Position numbers and translations under genes: made by a program. A stretch of 64,000 nt of DNA, from positions 1 through 64,000 of IMG/VR virus record IMGVR_UViG_3300034349_000079; one strand, 5' to 3'. Below the pieces are notes generated by a model that worked only from the letters and a program-made list of their open reading frames with translations, searched no databases and had not been told where the DNA came from. Every line of letters begins with the position of its first letter. Position 1 is the stretch's first letter. The DNA comes from a virus. Taxonomy: Duplodnaviria; Caudoviricetes. Shown here piece after piece: positions 9,789 to 18,747 of the stretch.

Positions 9789-9869
9789 TGGTTGACACTG
9801 GTGGATTCGAACCACCACCTCCCCCGCGTTAAGCTTAAACGCGTGGGAAAGACTTCCCAAAGAGTGCCA
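9789..9869 (-). ncRNA. D-stemless tRNA-like RNA D (G3:U70, A73, CCA)
   Basis: TGGCACT/AGTGTCA-A-CCA, 12-nt CTTTGGGAAGTC loop, 12-bp hairpin, GGTGG/CCACC T-arm. Confidence 0.7.
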
Positions 9870-9876
9870 GTATTGA

Positions 9877-10081
9877 TCTCCAGTACGGGAGTCGAACCCG
9901 TTATAGACTATACTGCGTGCATTACTTCGCAGCGAACACTGAGATTAAAACGCGCATCATCGAAACTAACTCGTCTCTGGGCTAGCCACTGCACCTGCAA
10001 AATCCCTCAGTTTCCTAAAGTCATCGCTTTTTCGCTTCACCTCTTCGTTTTTAGGCGGCGGTACCATTTGCCTTACTGGAG
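9877..10081 (-). ncRNA. 205-nt tRNA-framed RNA E
   Basis: perfect CTCCAGT/ACTGGAG acceptor, GGC/GCC D-arm, ACGGG-TTCGACT-CCCGT T-arm, ~150-nt multi-hairpin interior. Confidence 0.6.
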
Positions 10082-10086
10082 TTAAT

Positions 10087-10160
10087 TGGCGGGTCAGCAG
10101 GGAATCGAACCCCAGTCAGTAGTTTTGGAGACTACTACTTTGCCACTAAGCTACAAACCC
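10087..10160 (-). tRNA. trnW: tRNA-Trp(CCA)
   Basis: cloverleaf, GTAGT-CTCCAAA-ACTAC anticodon arm, encoded CCA. Confidence 0.9.
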
Positions 10161-10422
10161 TGAAAGCTTCTTCATTATCACGACATTTAATAACGTCATC
10201 CCAGTCGACCCATTTTCCGCTATCTCGATCAAAGATATCATAACAACCTACTTTTTCAAGGTTTACTTCTCTGTTATCTGCTTCTTTATCTTCCTTAGCA
10301 AGAGCTTCGATATCCTCCCATTTGACCCAGTCTCCTATTGTGTCTTGAATGGATTCCCAATGGCATCCATATTCTAAACCGTAGGCGGCAATATCGTATC
10401 TGTCAAGTTGTTCAATTTGCAT
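10135..10422 (-). CDS. hypothetical protein, paralog of 10374..10694
   Basis: shared RYDI..Y...W...GD.VKW.DI and DIFDR....W.DWDD modules. Confidence 0.65.
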   Translation of the reverse strand: MQIEQLDRYDIAAYGLEYGCHWESIQDTIGDWVKWEDIEALAKEDKEADNREVNLEKVGCYDIFDRDSGKWVDWDDVIKCRDNEEAFRVCSLVAK

Positions 10423-10694
10423 TTCGTTTCACTTTGTTCTTTGATCCGGGTGGTCGACCCCTTTTCTTCTTTAAGACTGGCACAGATATCATCCCAGTCC
10501 AACCATCTGCGTCCTTCTCTGTCAAAGATATCACAGTATTCGAGTAGTTTGATAATTTTGGCGATATCTCTCCATTTGACAAAGTCTCCTCTTGAATCGG
10601 ATTCTTCGGTCCAATAGACTCCATATTCTCCGTCGTCATAAGCATAAATATCGTATCTTTCAAGCATGGTTGTTCCTCTGTTGAAGATAAACAA
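10374..10694 (-). CDS. hypothetical protein, paralog of 10135..10422
   Basis: same two modules; true start probably MLERYDI. Confidence 0.65.
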   Translation of the reverse strand: MFIFNRGTTMLERYDIYAYDDGEYGVYWTEESDSRGDFVKWRDIAKIIKLLEYCDIFDREGRRWLDWDDICASLKEEKGSTTRIKEQSETKCKLNNLTDTILPPTV

Positions 10695-10917
10695 TTAGGC
10701 GCGGCAGCGCATTCTTGTATCTCTTCTATGCGTAGTTCCCATACAGACATATCTATAAGAACTGGTTTTGAGTAGTAAAAATCTGTTATGACGGCTGGAG
10801 TCCCAGTTCTAGTCCCTACGATAATCTCTCCTTGACCTAAAATATAGTCTTTACCAGTTTTTATATTTAAAATCCTGTATTTTTTCATGCCTTTGTATTT
10901 CCACATGGGACAGTTAT

Positions 10918-11115
10918 TTATCTGCCTTTACGTTCACCTAGAACACGTACTACTGCATAGAAGATTGAGCGGTGTAATACTGATTCTATTTCAGGCAAAA
11001 TATGATTTATAGACTCTTCTCTCACAATATCCAGTATAATACTATCTACTTTTCTTGAAAGTTCTTCTCCGCTCGGAGTCATACGATCAATTTCATTATA
11101 AAGTGGGTCTTTCAC
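10918..11115 (-). CDS. hypothetical protein
   Basis: 65-aa ORF in the gene run. Confidence 0.6.
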   Translation of the reverse strand: MKDPLYNEIDRMTPSGEELSRKVDSIILDIVREESINHILPEIESVLHRSIFYAVVRVLGERKGR

Positions 11116-11611
11116 GTTTCTTTATCTCCGCAGTAATTTGTTCTAATCGCACAGGCATATAGTCCCAACAATCTACCCCGATGTCTACTGCTCGTGGATC
11201 ATAGTACTTAGTACCATGTGAATGCCCATGGATATGAGCCCAACCATGGAACTTGTTCGGCCAATCATATATAGGATAATGTGACATAACCAAACCAATG
11301 TTAGAATCGGTTACGATATCTCTTGGATGAATCGAGAAGAACTCTTTTAATTTATTAACATTTCCCATATCGTGATTTCCAAGAATTAATATCTTCTTAC
11401 CTTTTAGCTCATGTAGCATAGAGTAGTCTCTAAAAAAGACATCCCCAAGGTGCCAGATAGTATCATCATCCTCAACAACAGAATTCCATCGTTCAACCAG
11501 TACTTTATTCATCTCCTGCACTGTCTGACATACTCTGTATCTATTGCTAAACTTGATGATGTTTTCGTGACCAAAATGGTGGTCGGATGTATACCAAACG
11601 TTGTTGGACAT
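11096..11611 (-). CDS. calcineurin-like metallophosphoesterase
   Basis: SDHHFGH, HLGD, LGNHD, SHYP, HIHGHSH. Confidence 0.9.
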   Translation of the reverse strand: MSNNVWYTSDHHFGHENIIKFSNRYRVCQTVQEMNKVLVERWNSVVEDDDTIWHLGDVFFRDYSMLHELKGKKILILGNHDMGNVNKLKEFFSIHPRDIVTDSNIGLVMSHYPIYDWPNKFHGWAHIHGHSHGTKYYDPRAVDIGVDCWDYMPVRLEQITAEIKKRERPTL

Positions 11612-11628
11612 TTTAAATACTCTCCTGC

Positions 11629-12327
11629 TCAAGTTCTAGGTTTTAAGACTGGGTTATATGGGCGTAGAAGCTTGCGCTCTATTTCGTGAGCCATTGTTGG
11701 TGTTCGATCCAGTCTGTAGAAATACTTTGTATCATCAGGTTCTTCAGACCATCCAAATTGTTCGTACCAGTCTGACTCTGGTTGCCCAAAGAATTCCCAG
11801 ATAGCTTGATAATTTTCTCTTGTCCAGGAAGTACGAGATGGAAGTAAGTTTCTCGTACAAGCGTGATCTGGGTACTCAGCATTTTTCCATTTTTTGTGTG
11901 TTGCTATTTTACAACCCTTATACAATAGTAGAGCACGGAGGCCAGAATGAAATTCTTCATCCCCCCAAAAAGGAGGATCAATTTCTGGATACTCTGCCTC
12001 CTCCAGTTTTGAGACTATGTCACGCCACTTAAAAAGCGCTTCCTTACGCTTCTTCAGCATCTCAGTTTTGCCACTTACCTTGATAGGACGTATGATTCGT
12101 TCTTCAGATGTGGTGGCTATAAAACGAGCTAATTGTAGTTCGGCGTTAGTCCAGAATTTTGCCATTGTGTGGTATGAATATCCACTTTCTCCATTAGCCC
12201 TTTTGGGATAACATTCACAAAGACTTTTCAAGATAAGTAGACCAGCTACTTCTACTTGATATAAGTGCTTGATACTCAGTGCCTTAGCACTTCTCTCAAA
12301 ATCTGGGAAAGGCATAAAGACGATCAT
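11629..12327 (-). CDS. pyrimidine-dimer DNA glycosylase (DenV / MSMEG_6728-like)
   Basis: FMPFPDFERSAKAL...HTMAKFW...PPFWGDEEFH pattern. Confidence 0.7.
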   Translation of the reverse strand: MIVFMPFPDFERSAKALSIKHLYQVEVAGLLILKSLCECYPKRANGESGYSYHTMAKFWTNAELQLARFIATTSEERIIRPIKVSGKTEMLKKRKEALFKWRDIVSKLEEAEYPEIDPPFWGDEEFHSGLRALLLYKGCKIATHKKWKNAEYPDHACTRNLLPSRTSWTRENYQAIWEFFGQPESDWYEQFGWSEEPDDTKYFYRLDRTPTMAHEIERKLLRPYNPVLKPRT

Positions 12328-13004
12328 CAGAATTTTCTTATGCTAGCTTCGCCATCATTAATCTCAAGAACTTCTCGTTTTCTTGGAAAACAATCGACAT
12401 TGAAGTTATCTGGATAAACTTCCCATACTCCTTGTGAGGTACCAAAAGGACGATAATTAGAATGTCCAAACACTTGTTTGATGCCAGGGACTGGTTTAAA
12501 TTCTTCTGTATCACACCAGAGAATTCCTCCAACAGGAAATAGGCCGCCTCTAGTATAGCCAATTTGTGCGAGGTTTTCGATTGGTGCTTCATCAAGATAT
12601 TTTACTATTTCTTGAAAATTCATATCTTTTTCAGGTAACCAACTTTCGCTGACTCCAGCGTGAGTGACGAGAAAATCATCTACTATAACATACCATCGAA
12701 AATTTCTTAAAATACGTGCCTTCCGTTTGTTTATTTCTTGCTGTGTTTTATGTTCATAACCAGAACATGCATAACGATTATTCAAATACCCATATTCGTG
12801 ATTCGCGATTAAAGCAGTTACATTATCTCTTGTTTCAATAGCTTCTAAAACTAAATCAACGCATTCTATTTGTTCATCTATGTTTTTATCAAAGCTATCT
12901 ACAAAATCAGATACGAATACTGTGGCTTGGTCTTTGTCTTGGAGCAAATCTCTAACATGGCCGACCAACCCATGGATGTCGCCGCATACAATAACGCTAC
13001 TCAT
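12327..13004 (-). CDS. metallophosphoesterase
   Basis: GDIHG, SDFVD, ANHE, THAG, WCD, FGHS. Confidence 0.85.
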   Translation of the reverse strand: MSSVIVCGDIHGLVGHVRDLLQDKDQATVFVSDFVDSFDKNIDEQIECVDLVLEAIETRDNVTALIANHEYGYLNNRYACSGYEHKTQQEINKRKARILRNFRWYVIVDDFLVTHAGVSESWLPEKDMNFQEIVKYLDEAPIENLAQIGYTRGGLFPVGGILWCDTEEFKPVPGIKQVFGHSNYRPFGTSQGVWEVYPDNFNVDCFPRKREVLEINDGEASIRKF

Positions 13005-13422
13005 TTGATGTTTCTCTAAGTGCTAGTTCCAAAATAGCTAGAGCATTCCACGCTGCATGCGCTAAGTGCAATGACCCAGATTCTTTATCATTTGGCCCTT
13101 CAATGAATTGTTTGAGGGTGTGGCGTCCTTGCGCATCGCTATAGCGAGTCATTCCGTCTTGTACGGTTCGCCAACCACCTCGTGTGTATTTATTAGCTCC
13201 ATCTCCTGCAACCTTTGCAACAGCTAACAAGGCTCGTGGAAAACTTTCAAAGACAAGACCAACTGGAGGCTTGTCGTCGTCATCTTTTGCCCCCGGCTGA
13301 TGAAGATTTAGTTTCTTGGTAATTAGAGGGTTTGGATTTGGAGCTGTTAAAACTATCTCAAGTATTTCTCTGAAGGAAGCTTGTGAATCACCATGCCATT
13401 CAAACTCGTTGTGGTCATTCAT
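12997..13422 (-). CDS. dATP/dGTP diphosphohydrolase (DUF5664-like)
   Basis: GAKDDDDKP...GANKY...W...RH...DKESGSLHLAHAAWNAL. Confidence 0.85.
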   Translation of the reverse strand: MNDHNEFEWHGDSQASFREILEIVLTAPNPNPLITKKLNLHQPGAKDDDDKPPVGLVFESFPRALLAVAKVAGDGANKYTRGGWRTVQDGMTRYSDAQGRHTLKQFIEGPNDKESGSLHLAHAAWNALAILELALRETSNE

Positions 13423-14075
13423 TTACGTCTCTTATTTGTTTTTGAACTCATAAATTCATCTATTGGCACGGTAAGAGCTTTTTCTAGGTCCCACCCATAC
13501 TCAAGTCTATTCCATAGGTTTTTGGCAGTTATATTGAACTTATCGGCCAAATCCGCAAGACAATAATCTTGCCCCTCATAACTTAGAATCCTATTAGTTC
13601 TTCTATTTCGTTGCTGAACAATTTTGGTAGCCCAACAACAGTTGTCTTTCGAGTAACCTAGAGAATTATCTTTTCGCTCAAGAGTATGTTTCATCGAAGG
13701 TTTTTCTCCCATATCAGACAGGAAGGTTTCGAAACTAGCAAGCCATTCTTGGCACACAGTTATCCCCCGCCCACCATAATTTTCATAGTGCTTATGACTT
13801 GGATTACTGCATCTGTTTTTCATACAAGACCAAGTAATGTATTCGCTAGTACGACTTCTACCGTGTTTTGTTGCAACACGTTTCATCCTTTCTATGCGAA
13901 GACACCCACAACTTGTAGAAGAACCGTTCATTAAAGAACCAGATTGAACTACTCTTTCAGTCCCGCAAGAACAACGAACTAGCCATCTAGCAGAACCTTT
14001 TGACGTATTTTCTGCTCTAGCAATTACTTCGTTTTCTCCAAACTTATCACCCACCTTTACTTTCAAAGAGCTCAT
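13419..14075 (-). CDS. HNH homing endonuclease
   Basis: WLVRCSCG, SCGC, RCSNP..YGGRGITVC.EW, TLERKDNSLGYSKDNCCWAT. Confidence 0.9.
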   Translation of the reverse strand: MSSLKVKVGDKFGENEVIARAENTSKGSARWLVRCSCGTERVVQSGSLMNGSSTSCGCLRIERMKRVATKHGRSRTSEYITWSCMKNRCSNPSHKHYENYGGRGITVCQEWLASFETFLSDMGEKPSMKHTLERKDNSLGYSKDNCCWATKIVQQRNRRTNRILSYEGQDYCLADLADKFNITAKNLWNRLEYGWDLEKALTVPIDEFMSSKTNKRRK

Positions 14076-14137
14076 TGCTTACTCTTAGGATTAAAGACCC
14101 TAGTATAACATAGAAGGTCTACGGAATAGTAACTATG

Positions 14138-16150
14138 TTACTTGGTGTAGTTGTAGGCGTGTCCCCCCTCTGCATCAAGAGGAATGCCAGGGGCCCAGGT
14201 CGGTGATTTACGCATTGCGGTAATGCCAAATGCCAAAGCTTCATCAGCTTCTTCTTTCTTAGCGAGGAATACAACTTCGTCATGAACAAGAAGAACTATA
14301 CGATGTTTCTTAGCTATTTCAAGAGCTTGTTCTGCCACGATTATCCTCGCTAGGCATTGGCATATATTCTCATCGAGCTTTGAGTGCCAAATACGCGTGT
14401 AGATTGCTCCAGTCTCCCGAGAGAATCCGGTTTGGTATACCAGCTCAGAAAATTCCTTATCCTTAAAAGTATGGAAGTGAAGATTCTTATAATGCAGATA
14501 TAGTTCATTCGGCATGAAGATCTTGTCATCACAGATGCCTAGTAGATTCTGTACTTTGAAGCCAGTTTGTTTCGCGGCCATCATAACTAGAGCATGCTTT
14601 AGAATGTCCCAGCCCTCGATGATCTTGTTTCTTTTAGCCCTATAGAAGTCAACAGCTGCTATAGCTCCCTCTGGAGTCATCGGAACAACTTCCCCGATAA
14701 TGGATCCAGACAGACAACCATCGAGATATTTCTTCCAGCCCATCCCAAATCCTAGGCCAAGCTCCATGGCTTTACCTACTGGGCGTAAGTGTGCATTAAT
14801 ACCATCTTGGTGCTTTGAATGCTTACGTACAGTAACTCCATATAGTGCGGAGGCAAGGGCTGCGTATGGATCATCACCATTAGCAAACAAATTAAGAAGG
14901 TCAGTCTGTCCCCACAACCAGGCATTGACTCTAGCCTCAATTTGCGAGGAATCGGCGACCACAAGTACATATCCAGGAGGAGCAGTAATAGCTTCGCGGA
15001 GCCTAGAACCACGCCCATCTCTACCTGAGGGAAGATTTTGGAGGTTGATTTTATCCCAACCACTCCACCTCATAGTATGTGCCCCACAATACTTAAGTGG
15101 AACACAAAGAGGTTTTGTACCAGCATCTGTTGCAATAAGAAAGCTTTCTGCCCTAGTTTTGCGAATCGTTGACTTAAGTCCTGTCCAAGCTGCAACTAGG
15201 TCTGATACGCGCGAATCTTCGCCAAGATTCATAAGCTCTATATCATTTTTGGCAAAAGCATAGGTATAGACTGGAGAACCATCATCGTTATATTTCAGCT
15301 CTCCCTTTGTCGTTTTTGCATGCTTCATTGGTGGTACTACACCACGCGATTTAATAAGTTCTGCAAAACATGGGCGGGAACGCATTAATCCCGTAGTACC
15401 TTTGTCCACAACTATTTGCCGACATTTAGACGACAGTTGGGCGTCTTTTATTAAACTCGATTCTAGTAATGACTTTAGTCTGATATCTTCTTCTTCAATC
15501 TCAGCTCGGCATAAACCGGCATTGACTTCAAGTATAGGAACAGTAAAAGCACGAATAGTTATGTCGATGATATGAAGTTCAACTTCTGGAAAACCTCTAT
15601 CATAGTATAAGATTTCAAAAGCTGAGCGCGTCTGCTCAGAGTCTCTTATGGCATAAGGAATTAGCGCAGTCTCTTGTTCACTACTAAGTATGCGTATTCC
15701 AGAGGTTTCTTCTAGAACACCTTCAAGTTTACCAGGTAGATTCAAGCGTTTACAGAGATTCTTTAGGCTACCACTTTCATGAACGCCCCACTCTCCATAA
15801 GACATGCTCATAGTATCAAGATAATAGTCTGCTTCAATTCCATAATGCTCGTAGGCTAAAAAGCCATCGAAGGCGCAATTATGTGAGAGCCATGCAAAAC
15901 GTTGTTTTTTTAGCTCATTGAAAAACGCTTGAAGTTTATAGTGCGTAATCCATCCAGACTTACCCTCTGGATCTACATAACTAAACCCGTGGCAATAAAA
16001 TCTTGGATCTCGTATATACATGCAAGTTGTTAATCCCTTATTTCTTAAGGAATAACCTGAGGGATTGTTTTCATAATACGTTTCAGCGTCCAAAGTGAAA
16101 ACGGGTAAAGATTCTCCCAGTGAATTTTTTACGGTTAAAATTTTACCCAA
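14138..16150 (-). CDS. polA: family A DNA polymerase with 3'-5' exonuclease
   Basis: LDAETYY exonuclease, NLQNLP, ADSSQIEARV (A), RPVGKAMELGLGFG (B), LLVHDEV (C). Confidence 0.95.
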   Translation of the reverse strand: MGKILTVKNSLGESLPVFTLDAETYYENNPSGYSLRNKGLTTCMYIRDPRFYCHGFSYVDPEGKSGWITHYKLQAFFNELKKQRFAWLSHNCAFDGFLAYEHYGIEADYYLDTMSMSYGEWGVHESGSLKNLCKRLNLPGKLEGVLEETSGIRILSSEQETALIPYAIRDSEQTRSAFEILYYDRGFPEVELHIIDITIRAFTVPILEVNAGLCRAEIEEEDIRLKSLLESSLIKDAQLSSKCRQIVVDKGTTGLMRSRPCFAELIKSRGVVPPMKHAKTTKGELKYNDDGSPVYTYAFAKNDIELMNLGEDSRVSDLVAAWTGLKSTIRKTRAESFLIATDAGTKPLCVPLKYCGAHTMRWSGWDKINLQNLPSGRDGRGSRLREAITAPPGYVLVVADSSQIEARVNAWLWGQTDLLNLFANGDDPYAALASALYGVTVRKHSKHQDGINAHLRPVGKAMELGLGFGMGWKKYLDGCLSGSIIGEVVPMTPEGAIAAVDFYRAKRNKIIEGWDILKHALVMMAAKQTGFKVQNLLGICDDKIFMPNELYLHYKNLHFHTFKDKEFSELVYQTGFSRETGAIYTRIWHSKLDENICQCLARIIVAEQALEIAKKHRIVLLVHDEVVFLAKKEEADEALAFGITAMRKSPTWAPGIPLDAEGGHAYNYTK

Positions 16151-16424
16151 TGTCCTGCTCCTCTTTTAGCCATTTGCCATACGTCTTATCTAGTGCGAGC
16201 ATACTCTTGTAAAGTTTGTCTCTGTATTTTTCTTCTGGCAATTCTCCAGAAACTATCTCAGCAATTGCGGAAGCATGATTAAATGCTCCGAATAGGAATA
16301 AAACTCCATACTGCAGATCCTTTAGGGTTCTGCCGCTATACTTGCCAGAGTTGATTAATTCTTCAACTTTCTCAGCAATTTGACGTATCTTCAACTCTTG
16401 AAAGTCGAAGTAATCATTGGTCAT
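16143..16424 (-). CDS. hypothetical protein
   Basis: 93-aa ORF overlapping the polymerase start. Confidence 0.65.
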   Translation of the reverse strand: MTNDYFDFQELKIRQIAEKVEELINSGKYSGRTLKDLQYGVLFLFGAFNHASAIAEIVSGELPEEKYRDKLYKSMLALDKTYGKWLKEEQDIG

Positions 16425-16521
16425 GCTAATACTAGTCCTGGGCCTGCAACAGCCTGAATGAATACTATGGCAGCTTGTACTACTTTGACTAGTATAGTTA
16501 AGAACGAGAATAAGAAACTCA

Positions 16522-16749
16522 TTAAATCGTCTCCGAAGTCTCTAGAAAGGTTTGCGCCGCGATCAAGGAACGCTGTGCCAGCGTTGTATATTCTTTTTCA
16601 CCTGGTACATTAGCAATATTTACACGACGAGCATAAATATCAAACGCAAGAGATATTACGAATTGCTTGCGTATTGCAGCAGCTTGTTGATTTTCCAGTA
16701 GGCGCTCTGCAGCATTCGGAGGGAGAATGAGATTTGTTACATCTGCCAT
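16522..16749 (-). CDS. hypothetical protein
   Basis: 75-aa ORF with RBS. Confidence 0.6.
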   Translation of the reverse strand: MADVTNLILPPNAAERLLENQQAAAIRKQFVISLAFDIYARRVNIANVPGEKEYTTLAQRSLIAAQTFLETSETI

Positions 16750-16764
16750 TTCATGTATCCTATG

Positions 16765-17037
16765 TTATTTACAAGCAGCTATGTGCTCATAGACTAGTTG
16801 TGGTTTGAAGTAAGGGTAGTTATCTTCTGTTACACCAATGTGAAACATATAAACCCTATATTTTTGTGTACGCAATCCTACATGTCCAGATTTGCCTCTT
16901 GTTGCTCCCCATTTAGCGTCATCAAGAGTATCAAAGAAACCATTGTAGTTACCGGGACCATACCAGTTTCTTAGGGTTCCATCCTCTTTAAAAGCTCGGT
17001 AGATTATATCGACTTTGGCTTTGGAATGATCAAACAT
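16765..17037 (-). CDS. hypothetical protein, likely paralog of 17412..17714
   Basis: TLDDAKWGATR...YRVYMFHIG vs TLAGAKRSAAR...YEVWKLHIG. Confidence 0.6.
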   Translation of the reverse strand: MFDHSKAKVDIIYRAFKEDGTLRNWYGPGNYNGFFDTLDDAKWGATRGKSGHVGLRTQKYRVYMFHIGVTEDNYPYFKPQLVYEHIAACK

Positions 17038-17371
17038 CTTTTACAAACTGCCCGTTAATTGTTTGCCCTTTTCTTGCTTGAATCTTATTATAAGCAGCAA
17101 ACAAGGCATCTCTAAGATCAGTATCATCGCAGGCTGCTACCATGACTAATGTAACTAGAACATCACCTAACTCTAAGAGCCATTTAGTATAGTTTTCCTC
17201 GGATGCATTTACTTGCAGATCTTCAAAAGCCTCCTTGAATTCTACTACTTCTGATTCAAACTTATCAAATTGACGCTTCATGTTTCCGGGATGTACGATA
17301 TTTTTATTGTATCCCCATTCTTTTACTGCATCAGCAATTTGATCAAAACTCCAATTATTATCTTCTTCCAT
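17030..17371 (-). CDS. MazG-like nucleotide pyrophosphohydrolase
   Basis: KFESEVVEF...ELGDVLVTL...AAYNKIQARKG. Confidence 0.85.
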   Translation of the reverse strand: MEEDNNWSFDQIADAVKEWGYNKNIVHPGNMKRQFDKFESEVVEFKEAFEDLQVNASEENYTKWLLELGDVLVTLVMVAACDDTDLRDALFAAYNKIQARKGQTINGQFVKDV

Positions 17372-17411
17372 TGTTTTTCCTAATTTGGTTAATTAATTGA
17401 GATCGAAGTGC

Positions 17412-17714
17412 TTATACATATTTAAAAAACACTATTTCAGGTAGAAAATAAAGTAGGCTGCTGGAAGAATCACCGATGTGAAGTTTCCACACCTCATATC
17501 GTAGTAGATTTTTCCGTGCAGCACTTCGTTTAGCACCAGCTAATGTGCCATGAATCTTGTGCCCGTCACCAAGTCCTATGTAGTCGCAGAACCAACTAGT
17601 GATTAATCCCGTCGGTACACTGTACTTATAGGTTGGATAATCAAAGATCTTTATTCTGTACCCAATGTCTTGGTGTTTAAGAGTAGGTGCTGTTATTGCA
17701 ATTGTGTTAACCAT
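17412..17714 (-). CDS. hypothetical protein
   Basis: 100-aa ORF; see 16765..17037. Confidence 0.6.
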   Translation of the reverse strand: MVNTIAITAPTLKHQDIGYRIKIFDYPTYKYSVPTGLITSWFCDYIGLGDGHKIHGTLAGAKRSAARKNLLRYEVWKLHIGDSSSSLLYFLPEIVFFKYV

Positions 17715-18738
17715 CGTTTTTCAGTAAGTACTCGTTGTTAATAACCTTAAATGACGTCGCACCATCTGCCGATTTGAATACCAACCCTTCAATTGAAGGC
17801 ATAGAAGGAAATTTTGTCCGGTTAATTAACTCCGGCAAAGCTAGAATTGATTCCATATCTGTAATACCTAATTCAGGCAGTGTAAAATTCAACCCAAGAG
17901 TAGGAACATGGTTCAAAAAATGTGCTTCGCAAAATGCCGTACGTTCAATATGCGGTAAATAACACTGGTTGTCAATATCCCAAATGTCAAAGATGTAAAT
18001 TTGTACATTGAGATAACCTGCTCTATTTCTTTGAACCCCTGGTCCTGCAAGTTCTCCTTGTACTGCAAGATTTCGACCACAGGCTTCTAGTGCCTTAATG
18101 ATCCCTGAATTCTGTGCCGCATGTATGAACGCATTCCCTGAATTTTCGGGATCCATTTTTAGATCTATGTTGTGAGAACAGACTCCAACTACTCCATCTT
18201 TTAAATAGCCTGTTATTGAACTTCCATCAACTTTCAGAGAGATTTCATACTTAGTCTCTTGGTCAAGTAGTACCTCAGGAATATTTTGTATACGCGTTTG
18301 ACTTGTGCGATGTACAAAATATGGAAAATTGCCTTTACCTAAACCCCTCATATTTTCGGGTAGTGCGCGCTCCCACTTAAGCACGCCGAGTAGCTCAGTG
18401 AGGTCCATGCCCTCGACAAATTTGGCATGCGGCCAATCAGGAAGTTTTAGCAGCAGTCCCTGTGATAATTGTCCACGTAAGCGAACTGTACGTAGTCTTT
18501 CACCTTGAACTTCTTCAAAAACCTTTGGAGAATGCCCAGGTTTTGTAAGAAATGGAGCGAGTTCTGTTGGTACCCAACTATCCACCTCAAAATATAGCAC
18601 TAATTCATCGGTCTTAAAATCATCTTTTTTTACAACACACATCCAGCCATCTACTCTGGCGACCTGGATACTATCCGCGCCTTCAATTGGATTAATTTCT
18701 GCGATACGTCGTATTGTTGCTAGTCTTCTCTCAGACAT
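17707..18738 (-). CDS. RNA ligase, Rnl2 / DRB0094 family
   Basis: N-terminal OB domain (LRTVRLRGQLSQGL), KVDGSS, QGELAGPGVQ, EGLVFK, SFKVINNEYLLK. Confidence 0.9.
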   Translation of the reverse strand: MSERRLATIRRIAEINPIEGADSIQVARVDGWMCVVKKDDFKTDELVLYFEVDSWVPTELAPFLTKPGHSPKVFEEVQGERLRTVRLRGQLSQGLLLKLPDWPHAKFVEGMDLTELLGVLKWERALPENMRGLGKGNFPYFVHRTSQTRIQNIPEVLLDQETKYEISLKVDGSSITGYLKDGVVGVCSHNIDLKMDPENSGNAFIHAAQNSGIIKALEACGRNLAVQGELAGPGVQRNRAGYLNVQIYIFDIWDIDNQCYLPHIERTAFCEAHFLNHVPTLGLNFTLPELGITDMESILALPELINRTKFPSMPSIEGLVFKSADGATSFKVINNEYLLKNDG

Positions 18739-18747
18739 AGTATCCTC

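Noticed and set aside
9877-10081. tmRNA call for RNA E
   Set aside because: It has a C3-G70 pair rather than G3:U70, has a D-stem, is too short, and has no tag ORF ending in an ALAA-like degron.
12997-13422. Z-genome (2-aminoadenine) call
   Set aside because: No PurZ homolog in the window; the diphosphohydrolase alone is insufficient.
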